Positions 47,173 through 55,659 of a stretch of 64,000 bases of DNA are shown piece after piece. How positions within the stretch are numbered: position 1 is the first letter of the stretch; each line of letters begins with the position of its first letter. The notes under the pieces are model-generated. The model had not been told where the DNA came from. It saw nothing but the letters and a program-made list of their open reading frames with translations, and did not search any database. A program made the translations under genes and the position numbers. This DNA is from Candidatus Binatia bacterium (GTDB taxonomy: Bacteria; Acidobacteriota; Terriglobia; Terriglobales; Acidobacteriaceae): positions 17,153 to 81,152 of the forward strand of contig DATKAP010000095.1 of assembly GCA_035577905.1 (NCBI GenBank), in the 5' to 3' direction.

Positions 47173-47202
47173 TGCAGCGCGGGTAATTGTGCCCGCGCTG
47201 CA
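47173..47202 (+). other. Perfect 11-bp GC-rich hairpin between the Y-RNA-like modules and the rsr ribosome-binding site
   Basis: UGCAGCGCGGG (47173-83) pairs with CCCGCGCUGCA (47192-202), with an 8-nt loop UAAUUGUG. No U-tract follows. Confidence 0.6.
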
Positions 47203-47268
47203 TGAACGGGATATTAGTGCCCTTGGGATAGAGGCTGAGAATTCGCCGGTCGCGAAAGGAGGCCATCA

Positions 47269-48591
47269 ATGGCTCGACTGAACACACTGAACCTCACCTT
47301 TGGACTTCGCACGCACGAAGGAGGTCCGGCTCGGCACATTTCTCCTGAATTGCAGCTGCGGCGCTCGGTGTTGGCATGCCTGCTGTGGGAGTCGCAGTTT
47401 TATGAAGACGGGGTCGAGATCGCGGGGCGCATCGCCGAACTGGTGCCCAAGGTCGCCTGCGAGAAGGTGGCCGCGCTTGCCGTGGAGACTCGCGAGCGGA
47501 TGAAGATGCGTCACGTACCGCTCCTGCTCGTCCGCGAAATGGCGCGTCACAAGACGCACCGCGAACTGGTTTCGGAGACACTTGTTCGCGTGATTCAGCG
47601 TGCCGACGAACTCGCGGAGTTTGTCGCCATCTACTGGAAGGACGGACGTGTTCCACTTTCGGGCCAGGTTAAGAAGGGGCTCGCGGGCGCGTTCCCGAAG
47701 TTCGATGAGTATCAGCTCGCCAAGTACGATCGTGGCGGACCGATCAAACTGCGGGACGTGCTCTTTCTCTGCCACGCCAAGCCCCGTGATGAGGCTCAGG
47801 CGGGGGTGTGGAAGAAACTGATCGCGGGAACCTTGACCACGCCGGACACGTGGGAGGTCGCACTCTCCTCTGGCGCCGACAAGCGGGAGGCGTGGGAGCG
47901 TCTGCTTCGCGAGCAGAAGCTGGGCGCGCTCGCATTGCTCCGCAACCTGCGCAACATGCGTGAGGCCGCGGTCGACGAATCGCTTGTGCTGTCTGCATTG
48001 GGCTCGATGAGCACAGCGCATGTTCTTCCATTTCGCTTCCTGGCGGCGGCGCGTCATGCTCCGCAGTGGGAAGAGGCGCTTGAGCAGGCAATGCTGAAGT
48101 CTGTGGCTGCGTCCGAGAAGCTGTCGGGCAAGACCATCGTACTGGTCGACGTTTCCGGGTCGATGACGGCGCCGCTGTCTCGCCGTTCTGAGATGCAGCG
48201 CACGGATGCGGCTTATGGTTTGGCGGTACTTCTGCGCGAAATTGGAGAGAAGGTTACGGTATTTTCATTCTCCGATAACCTCGTGGAAGTGCCGGCGCGT
48301 CGTGGTTTTGCTTTGCGCGATGCCATCGACGTGTCTCAACGCCACAACGGAACCTGTCTCGGCAAGGCGGTCGACGAACTGAATGGCAAGGAGAAGTACG
48401 ACCGTCTGATCGTGATCACCGACGAGCAGGCGCATGATACTGTGCCCGCGCCGAATGGCAAGGGCTACGTGATCAACGTCGCCAGTTACAAAAACGGCGT
48501 CCGCTACGGCAAGGGGATCCATATCGACGGCTGGTCGGAGTCTGTCATCGAGTATCTCCGCGCGCTCGAGCAGACACCTTGGGTCAACTAA
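47269..48591 (+). CDS. rsr: Ro60-related TROVE domain protein with C-terminal vWA/MIDAS domain (Rsr-like)
   Basis: AAAGGAGG lies 6 nt before ATG 47269. TROVE-type N-terminus THEGGPARHISPELQLRRSVLACLLWESQFYEDG. vWA MIDAS motif IVLVDVSGSM...VITDEQAHD. Confidence 0.85.
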   Translation: MARLNTLNLTFGLRTHEGGPARHISPELQLRRSVLACLLWESQFYEDGVEIAGRIAELVPKVACEKVAALAVETRERMKMRHVPLLLVREMARHKTHRELVSETLVRVIQRADELAEFVAIYWKDGRVPLSGQVKKGLAGAFPKFDEYQLAKYDRGGPIKLRDVLFLCHAKPRDEAQAGVWKKLIAGTLTTPDTWEVALSSGADKREAWERLLREQKLGALALLRNLRNMREAAVDESLVLSALGSMSTAHVLPFRFLAAARHAPQWEEALEQAMLKSVAASEKLSGKTIVLVDVSGSMTAPLSRRSEMQRTDAAYGLAVLLREIGEKVTVFSFSDNLVEVPARRGFALRDAIDVSQRHNGTCLGKAVDELNGKEKYDRLIVITDEQAHDTVPAPNGKGYVINVASYKNGVRYGKGIHIDGWSESVIEYLRALEQTPWVN

Positions 48592-48596
48592 CCGGC

Positions 48597-48623
48597 CAGG
48601 GCGGGCAATCGACGCCTGCCCTG
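48597..48623 (+). terminator. Hairpin 5 nt downstream of the rsr stop
   Basis: CAGGGCGGGC (48597-606) pairs with GCCTGCCCTG (48614-23): 10 bp including one G-U, with a 7-nt loop. No U-tract; an A-run follows. Confidence 0.4.
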
Positions 48624-49256
48624 TCACTAGCCCCTTCCTCGAAAAAAAAGACTTCCATCGATCAGTTGCAGTGCCGGCGGAACGTCTCTCCACGTTTCAA
48701 TCAACTTAGACACGATATTAGTGCTCGGTATGCAGTTTCTCCGGCAGCTCGTTCGCAGAAAGTACGATTTGTGTTAGGCTCAGGCACCGGTCCGGTGAGC
48801 AAGTACGGGAAAGATGGAGCTTTCGACGTTCTTTCAGATATTCGCAGGGGCTACCGCAAGTACCCGCCAAGCGATCGTAATCGCAGCAACAATACTCTGA
48901 CTTTCGAGCAGAACCAGGAACCGGGCACCAGCTTCGGTTCACTTCACAGGCCATGCAACACCCCGCGCAGGTGCATTCCCTTCCAGAAACACTCTAAGAC
49001 GGCACAATCGAGGCAGACACGAACTCAGCAGGCTGATTTGCCTTGATCGGGAGATCCGAGAGACGGCTAGCTCTCAACTTAACCTGCCAATAATCTTCGC
49101 AGGTTGCGTGACCTGTTTCGGAGAGTCGTTTCCGCCTTTAGAAATAGGGGACATTCCGCAAGGGTCACCGTAGGGCGTGACCCGCCAGTGTCGACAGCAA
49201 TGGGATCAGTCCGGCAGCTCGCCCGCGATTGCGGACGTATTCAGAGGGGTGCAGGC

Positions 49257-51488
49257 ATGCGAGACGCGTCAAAGAGTGGCGGGGCGGTACGAAACGGCTG
49301 GGCTTTCGTGAGAGTGCAGCGAATTGCGTTGGGAGTGTTGGTCGCGAGCGTGGCGGCAACTGGTGCCGCGGGGCAAACACCCGCCTGCGACGCATCGCGC
49401 TGGGCAGGCTCACCTACGATCTCGGGAAACCTGACCATTAATGCGCACGCGAGTGCAAGTGGGTCCGATGGCTCATCACTGACCTTGAACGAAACGGTCA
49501 GCACCGGGCCGGTGATGTCGGCGCCGCCGGGAGGGACCCCGTACGGATGGTCGGGACCGATGAATGCAAACGTGAGCTACACGCTGGTCACGACGGATTC
49601 GCTGGGCCAAACCACGACGATTGATGGAGCGGGCGACGCCTTGAGCGGGCTGGGTACGCCAGGGCAGATGTATTTGTCCATCGACCCGATTGGGTGCACA
49701 TACACGCTAGCGTGGGATGGATTCGTAAACGCGCAGGTGACGAACTCCAGCGGAACAACTTCGCAGACGGTGAACTTTGTGGGGACTTCAGCCGACGCGC
49801 AGCCCCTGCCGGCGACGGGAACGACCTTGAGCGGCACTTACTCATACACCGATTCCATATTGGGAACCGTGCCGATTCCGGTAACGATCACATGGACCCT
49901 TTCGCCGGGGGCACCAAACTTGGACTTGGCTGTGAAGATCACAAACTATACGACCTGGGTGCCGAGCGCAGGAGCCACGGAGAAAGATACTGGGCTTACG
50001 AAGACCGGCCAGAAGAATTATCTGCTGGTTCAAGCAGTGCTTGAGAACCCGGATGGTAGCACTTCGTTGGTGGCACCGGACTCGGTGGTATTCGAACTGG
50101 TGAGCGGGTCGTCGGAGCCGGGTGTCAGTATGAACTGGCCAAAGGCGGGGACGAATGATCCAGACCTGACTTTCGAGGCGGTCCAGTCATTGCCAGGGTA
50201 CGTATCCCTACCAGCGCCGACTTTGTCCCAAAACAACACCGTGGCGACATTTTCGAATATTCAATCTCCGCCGCTGTTGTTTGTGAACGTTGCGCCTCAT
50301 GACTGGGGAGGGTGGGCCACGCTGAACGTGAGAGCGACAATCGGCACGCAACAGATAACCGGTCATCTGGATGGCGACAAAACCATGACGGACATTCTGT
50401 TGCCGAAGCGGTCGAGTGCGAGCGCGCACATCGCTGCCGCCTGGCTGTCGGCAATGGGGATTTCAGCAACGGCAGACGACGCTGCGGACGCAGAGACGAC
50501 TCCTTCTAACTCGAACGATGGGGATGGTCTGACGCTCTACGAGGAATATCGCGGATTTGCAGTGCAGTGTCCTTCTCCGGAAGCGCCGGCCGGACCGCAA
50601 TGTGCGGGCGGAGTGGGGCACATTTACGGAAACCCGAACAAAAAGGATTTATTTGTGGTGGTGGATCCACAGTTAGGGAGTGAAGTGACGCCCGGCATTC
50701 TTAATTTCAAGGCGAAAACGAAATTGCAGGTGCACTACGCCGGGCTGACGACAGACCAGATAAACAGCTCGAACGTGATCAATTTCAATCACAACGAGGG
50801 TGCGCACCTGGTGGATCAGCACGCAGTGCAGATGAAGTTGAACGGCAAACCCATGGGATGCACGCTGAACGGACCCGGAACGCCGATGGATGTAAAGGAG
50901 ATTCGAATTCCGCACTTGAGCACGCTCGTGAGTGCTGCGCAAGCGATCGGGAGGACACCTGCGCAGATTGCCATCTACACACAGGGATACCCACAGATGG
51001 CCTCACACGAATTGGGGCACGCAGTGGATATCTCGCACCACGGGTCAGGAGATCCGGGAGCCGTGACGTGGTCCTCGCCGGACGGAACGCTGGTTACGGA
51101 GAACGGAAACAGCGTGCTGGTCCTGACGGAGCATAGTGACCTGTTGGATGCGGCCGCTCTGGGGATTAAGCCAGGCCAAACGAAAAGCGTCTACGTCGGC
51201 AAAACGGGTGGCCAACACAGCGGTGATACGAAATGCATGATGCGATATGGGTCGTCGATGGCTTACATCGCGACTGCAGACACTTCCATCCGATACTACG
51301 CACAAGAGAATTTCGGGTTCGATTTGACGAATACCAGCGCGGGAACTAACACAAATGCGGCCCGCAGTCCGCAGCCGCGATATGGCGATTCGGCAAGCGG
51401 ATGGGGAGACTGCCAAGCGCAACTGTGTGTCAGCGATAAGGTGCATGCGCCGCCGAGAGAAAAGGACCTGACAACGAGCTGTCCGTAA
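49257..51488 (+). CDS. Secreted metzincin-like zinc metallopeptidase with beta-rich N-terminal region
   Basis: Start placed at ATG 49257 (signal peptide VQRIALGVLVASVAATGAAGQ; the ORF opens at 49104). HELGHAVDISH at 51006-51038 fits HExxHxxxxxH spacing. Candidate Met-turn CMMRY at 51234-48. Calcium-binding-type DGDGLTLYEEYRGF at 50517-58. Confidence 0.75.
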   Translation: MRDASKSGGAVRNGWAFVRVQRIALGVLVASVAATGAAGQTPACDASRWAGSPTISGNLTINAHASASGSDGSSLTLNETVSTGPVMSAPPGGTPYGWSGPMNANVSYTLVTTDSLGQTTTIDGAGDALSGLGTPGQMYLSIDPIGCTYTLAWDGFVNAQVTNSSGTTSQTVNFVGTSADAQPLPATGTTLSGTYSYTDSILGTVPIPVTITWTLSPGAPNLDLAVKITNYTTWVPSAGATEKDTGLTKTGQKNYLLVQAVLENPDGSTSLVAPDSVVFELVSGSSEPGVSMNWPKAGTNDPDLTFEAVQSLPGYVSLPAPTLSQNNTVATFSNIQSPPLLFVNVAPHDWGGWATLNVRATIGTQQITGHLDGDKTMTDILLPKRSSASAHIAAAWLSAMGISATADDAADAETTPSNSNDGDGLTLYEEYRGFAVQCPSPEAPAGPQCAGGVGHIYGNPNKKDLFVVVDPQLGSEVTPGILNFKAKTKLQVHYAGLTTDQINSSNVINFNHNEGAHLVDQHAVQMKLNGKPMGCTLNGPGTPMDVKEIRIPHLSTLVSAAQAIGRTPAQIAIYTQGYPQMASHELGHAVDISHHGSGDPGAVTWSSPDGTLVTENGNSVLVLTEHSDLLDAAALGIKPGQTKSVYVGKTGGQHSGDTKCMMRYGSSMAYIATADTSIRYYAQENFGFDLTNTSAGTNTNAARSPQPRYGDSASGWGDCQAQLCVSDKVHAPPREKDLTTSCP

Positions 51489-51511
51489 GAAGGTGACAAG
51501 GAGAACTGCCC

Positions 51512-53857
51512 ATGCTCACTAAGCAAAATTCGCTCCTGATGACGATGGTTGTTCTGCTTGGCGTGTTGGAGTTGTTGAATACTGCCGGAGTTGACGCGCA
51601 GACGACGCCGATACCCGCACCGGTCGTGATGCTTTCGGTTAACCAACCGAGCGGGGGAACGAGCTACAACGGATGGCCACTGGTGATCCAAGTGGATTTA
51701 TACAATCCCGATTTCGCTGTGGATGACGCGACGGTGACGGCGATCCCAGTGAGTATGACTTCGGGAAGCTGGGCTGACGCGGTAACAGTTACAGTGACCG
51801 ACAGCACAGGCGCGCAAGTGAATTGGCCAGTTCACCAATTACTGCGACCCACTGGGACAGATGCGTCGATTACGCTGGACGCGCAAACATCGGGACACTT
51901 GGTCTGGTGGGTGGCTCCGGAGGACACGGCGGGATTGTCGGCAGGCAATTATCAGATTGCGGCGGTGCTGGATACGACAACTGTTACGGACCCGACTGTG
52001 TTTCAAGGACAGTCGTACAGCGCGCCAGTGACGACGACGCTCGGAACGGAGCCATCAGTGCTAACGTCAGACCAACAAGAATCCAAGTATTTGCTCACAG
52101 CCTTCTATGACACGCTGGCGGGAAACAGTGCCCAAGCGATGACGGATGTGAGCACGCTGCTGACGTCCCAGCCCCAGAATATTCGAGGACTTATGGCGAA
52201 GGGAGAATTGCTGGAAGCGAGTGGAGACGCTGTGAACGCGCTGGCGTCCTATGACGCAGCGGTCGATGCGTTTTACGTGACGATACCGAATCCCCCGGAG
52301 CCTCCAGTCGAGTTGCTGGAGCGCAGCGCGTCGCTGCGAAACGCCGCGATCAGCCAGGCGGCCACTCTTCCGTCGCCTCAGGTGGGTCTGCAATTGCAGA
52401 ACTTCACGCAATCATCGCCTGGAATTTACGGGCTGGATTTGCAGGTGACGAACAACGGAGCCGGCGTGGCCAACAATCTGGCAATCTCGCAGGTCACTTT
52501 TGACACGGAAAGCGGAAGCGGGCAAGTGTCATTGGACTCGAGTATGCCGTCACAGTTGCCGGCATCTGTAGACACGCTGGCAGCAGGAGCGAGCACGATC
52601 CTCCATTTTTCGTTGAGCGTGCCTTCGGGAGTCAACACGTTCACGGCAACCGAGGGGGGCACGGTACAAAACGTGATTGGGAGTTCGTCGAACGTCTCGG
52701 GGAAAGAGACGGTCTACGTGGCGACACTCAGTCCGAGCTTCACGAGCGCAAACACGACGACTTTCCAGGCCGGGAGTCCGGGGACGTTCGCGGTGACGAC
52801 GACGGGTGCTCCACCCCCGTCGATTACCGAAACAGGAACATTGCCGAATGGGGTGATGTTTACGGATAGCGGAAATGGCTCGGGTATGTTGGCGGGAACA
52901 CCCGCCGTTGGAAGCGGCGGGTTCTACGGGCTCGCCCTGCAGGCGACGAACGGAATAGGAACCGCAACTACTCAAAATTTCACGCTTATGGTGAACGAAG
53001 GGGCCACGATCACGAGTGGAAATTCAACAACGTTTACGGTGGCAACTCCTGGAACGTTTTCGGTAAAGGCGACGGGATATCCACTGCCGACATTGAGTGA
53101 GAGCGGGGCCCTCCCAACCGGAGTGTCATTCGCGGCTGGAGTATTGAGCGGAACGGCAGCGGCGGGGACTGGGGGCGTGTACCCGATGACCTTCAATGCC
53201 AGCAATGGAGTGACAACAGCATCACAGAACTTCGCGTTAACGGTGAACGAGGCAGCTCATTTCATGAGTGCAGCGGCAACCACGTTCAGTCAAGGGACGG
53301 CGGGCAGTTTCACGCTCGTGTGTGCTGGATTCCCGACGGCGACGATAAGCGAAAGTGGCGCTTTGCCGGCGGGAGTGACTTTTGTGAACAATGGAAATGG
53401 AACCGCAACACTTGCGGGCATACCAACGGTGGCGGGAACGTTCAACCTGGTATTGACAGGCAGCAATGGGGTAGGCGCGAATGCGACTCAGAACTTCACG
53501 CTAACGGTGAACGGAGGAAGTGGAGGAGGGGCGACGCTCATCATTTCGCCCACGAGTATCAACTTCGGAAACGTGAAATTCGGGCGACATGCAACGCAAA
53601 TAGTGACGCTGACGAATAACGGAACGTCGGTGCTGATCTTCGATCGGGTATATCTGACTTACGGCGCGCACACCGATAAGGATGATTTCGAACTCGAGCG
53701 GAACTGCTCAGGACGCCTTGGTCCGGGGAAGAGTTGCACCCTGCGAGTGGTGTTTGAGGCGGACGATCCAGGGACGTCGAGCGCAGTCCTGAGCATCGTG
53801 GACAATGCGCCGGGAAGTCCGCAGACGGTCGCAATCACGGCGACAACGGTGAAGTAA
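51512..53857 (+). CDS. Secreted protein with three tandem putative-Ig repeats and a C-terminal choice-of-anchor-D/ASH-like domain
   Basis: AAGGAG lies 8 nt before ATG 51512, which is 23 nt after the upstream stop. Signal peptide. Three roughly 85-aa repeats ending QNFTLMVNE, QNFALTVNE and QNFTLTVNG (52739-53515). C-terminus ISPTSINFGNVKFGRHATQIVTLTNNGTSVL...SCTLRVVF. Confidence 0.8.
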   Translation: MLTKQNSLLMTMVVLLGVLELLNTAGVDAQTTPIPAPVVMLSVNQPSGGTSYNGWPLVIQVDLYNPDFAVDDATVTAIPVSMTSGSWADAVTVTVTDSTGAQVNWPVHQLLRPTGTDASITLDAQTSGHLVWWVAPEDTAGLSAGNYQIAAVLDTTTVTDPTVFQGQSYSAPVTTTLGTEPSVLTSDQQESKYLLTAFYDTLAGNSAQAMTDVSTLLTSQPQNIRGLMAKGELLEASGDAVNALASYDAAVDAFYVTIPNPPEPPVELLERSASLRNAAISQAATLPSPQVGLQLQNFTQSSPGIYGLDLQVTNNGAGVANNLAISQVTFDTESGSGQVSLDSSMPSQLPASVDTLAAGASTILHFSLSVPSGVNTFTATEGGTVQNVIGSSSNVSGKETVYVATLSPSFTSANTTTFQAGSPGTFAVTTTGAPPPSITETGTLPNGVMFTDSGNGSGMLAGTPAVGSGGFYGLALQATNGIGTATTQNFTLMVNEGATITSGNSTTFTVATPGTFSVKATGYPLPTLSESGALPTGVSFAAGVLSGTAAAGTGGVYPMTFNASNGVTTASQNFALTVNEAAHFMSAAATTFSQGTAGSFTLVCAGFPTATISESGALPAGVTFVNNGNGTATLAGIPTVAGTFNLVLTGSNGVGANATQNFTLTVNGGSGGGATLIISPTSINFGNVKFGRHATQIVTLTNNGTSVLIFDRVYLTYGAHTDKDDFELERNCSGRLGPGKSCTLRVVFEADDPGTSSAVLSIVDNAPGSPQTVAITATTVK

Positions 53858-54545
53858 TCGAATGTCAACGTTCGAGCTTTAGTGAGACATCTGATGTGCC
53901 ATGTGGCATGGAGAAGCTCCGAGAGCTCTAGCGTAGCGGAGTGACGAGTCCCGACTGGTAGCACCAGCCAATTTTCGTGCCCGATAGTAAGAGGATCGAG
54001 CAGCGGCGACTTGTTCCAACGAGGCGTCGCGCTAGAGATCTTTTTGCCGGCAGTTTGCACTGCAAGCAGTGGCGGACGGTTGTTTCCGCCCAGTCGTGGC
54101 ACTTTAGGTACCTCCGCTGAACCGTCTGTTCCGAAAGACTCACGGCGCCAAGACTCCTTCCGAAAGAACTCATGCAATGTCCGGAACTGGTGTCGAACTT
54201 AGGCTAGTGCATTCCACAGGAGGACTCATCGACGAAGTCCGTTTTGATGTCGAAGTACTGATGGGCCGACCTTCGTCTTCAACCCGTGGAGGAACTTGCC
54301 GAGGTTCGTTCGCGCATCGAAAGCAGTGACGACACTCCCGTCATTCATAAACTCTCTATGTCGATTCGCTAGAGTGCACAGTTCCTCTCGAATCACTGTC
54401 GACGGGACCACCCGTCAATGCGGTCTCGGAGTCACGAGCCATCAAGGCCGAAATTGCCATGTTTTGGACGGTTGAGCATAAAAATCATGGTTCGAGGTGG
54501 CATCAAAGTTTGGAGGTGCTTTAGAATCAATTCTGCTGATCATGT

Positions 54546-54622
54546 CGGGGCGTAGCGCAGCCTGGTAGCGCACCTGCCTTGGGCGCAGGGGGTCGTAGGT
54601 TCAAATCCTATCGCCCCGACCA
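54546..54622 (+). tRNA. tRNA-Pro (anticodon UGG), CCA encoded
   Basis: Hand-folded cloverleaf. Acceptor CGGGGCG/CGCCCCG, D arm GCGC-AGCCTGGTA-GCGC, anticodon arm CCTGC-CTTGGGC-GCAGG, variable loop GGGTC, T arm GTAGG-TTCAAAT-CCTAT, then ACCA. Confidence 0.95.
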
Positions 54623-54724
54623 ATATCTGTTTCGATCCTTCGTAGTGCAGTTGAGAAATGTCTCGCCTCAATGAAGGTGTTGCTCAAGGGCAACACCGCA
54701 AACCGTGTGACTTAGATCTTGTTT

Positions 54725-54978
54725 GAATGCCTGCTGTTCGCAACCGAGCCGCCCAAGGATGGCATCATCGCATACCTTGCCGACTACAAGGAGCAGGGCA
54801 AGGGCAACTGCCACGCTCAGCAATAAACTCGTTCGCGTGAAGGCATTCTACGCGGCACAGCTTGATTTGAGGATCACGCGCAAGGACGTGCCGCGCCCGA
54901 CCTGTGGAGATGATCCCGAAAATCTACAGCGCGGAGGATTTAGGGAAGTTCTTCGCTGACTGCGATGCACGCCAGCGC
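54725..54978 (+). pseudogene. Frameshifted, truncated tyrosine-recombinase (phage-type integrase) N-terminal remnant
   Basis: Three successive frames read ...DGIIAYLADYKEQGKG / ATLSNKLVRVKAFYAAQLDLRITRKDVPRP / IPKIYSAEDLGKFFADCDARQR. This resembles the SAM-like N-domain and the start of the catalytic domain of integrases. No catalytic RHRY region follows. Confidence 0.5.
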
Positions 54979-55016
54979 CCCGCTACCCGAATCACCCGTG
55001 CTTGGCGCCAATCCGG

Positions 55017-55421
55017 CTACGCAGGCGCTTGACCCTTCTCTTTCATCTCCGGGGTCAATTCGGGGCCAAAGTCTTCAGCATCGAATAGTCGCCGGATCTC
55101 GATCTCCGATTCGCCTTCAGGCGGTTTGGGGCTGCGCTTCACCCACTCGACAGCCTCTTCCATGGACCGGACCTGCCAAATCATGTAGCCGGCAATGAGT
55201 TCCTTGGTCTCGGTGAACGGGCCGTCAATTACGGTGCACTTGTCTCCGGAAAGTCGAACCCGTTTGCCTTTCGAGGTGGGCTGGAGCCCCCCGAAATCCA
55301 ACATCACCCCCGCCTTCATCAGTTCCTCGCTGAATTTGCCCATATCCTCCAGCGCCTCTTGTTTCGGCATAACGCCGGCTTCGGAATCTTTCGTGGCCTT
55401 GCCGATTACCATGACTCGCAT
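55017..55421 (-). CDS. YciI/DGPF-like family protein
   Basis: MRVMVIGKATKDSEAG...DGPFTETKELIAGYMIWQVRSMEEAVEWVKR matches the YCII-related pattern. AAGGAGG RBS. Confidence 0.85.
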   Translation of the reverse strand: MRVMVIGKATKDSEAGVMPKQEALEDMGKFSEELMKAGVMLDFGGLQPTSKGKRVRLSGDKCTVIDGPFTETKELIAGYMIWQVRSMEEAVEWVKRSPKPPEGESEIEIRRLFDAEDFGPELTPEMKEKGQAPA

Positions 55422-55659
55422 GAACAGCCTCCTTTTGGGGCTCAGTTTTCTGAGCTTCTACTGTAACGTCGAATGAGAGGTGCCGAAATCGACAGAGCTT
55501 TTTATTTTTTGGATTGGCTTTTGTGGGGATGAGGGGTCTCGTGGCTGTCAGCCGGCGGAAGTTGTCGGAGCGCGGGGCAAATCCGCTTACGTGCTAAAAG
55601 GAGCAGGCGATTGAGGTACGGCTGGCAATTTCGACCTCCGAGTCGCTAGTCTACTATTC

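Noticed and set aside
46907-47287. ORFs 46907..47287(-) 126 aa and 46930..47115(+) 61 aa as protein-coding genes.
   Set aside because: They overlap the tandem hairpin and T-arm modules. They have no SD or recognisable domains, and the minus-strand ORF runs into the rsr start. RNA structure explains the region better.
53659-54177. ORF 53659..54177(-) 172 aa as a toxin partner of the putative antitoxin remnant.
   Set aside because: Its 3' portion (about 66 codons, 53659-53857) overlaps the well-supported Ig-repeat gene in antisense. The remainder has no PIN, RelE or YoeB-like motif.
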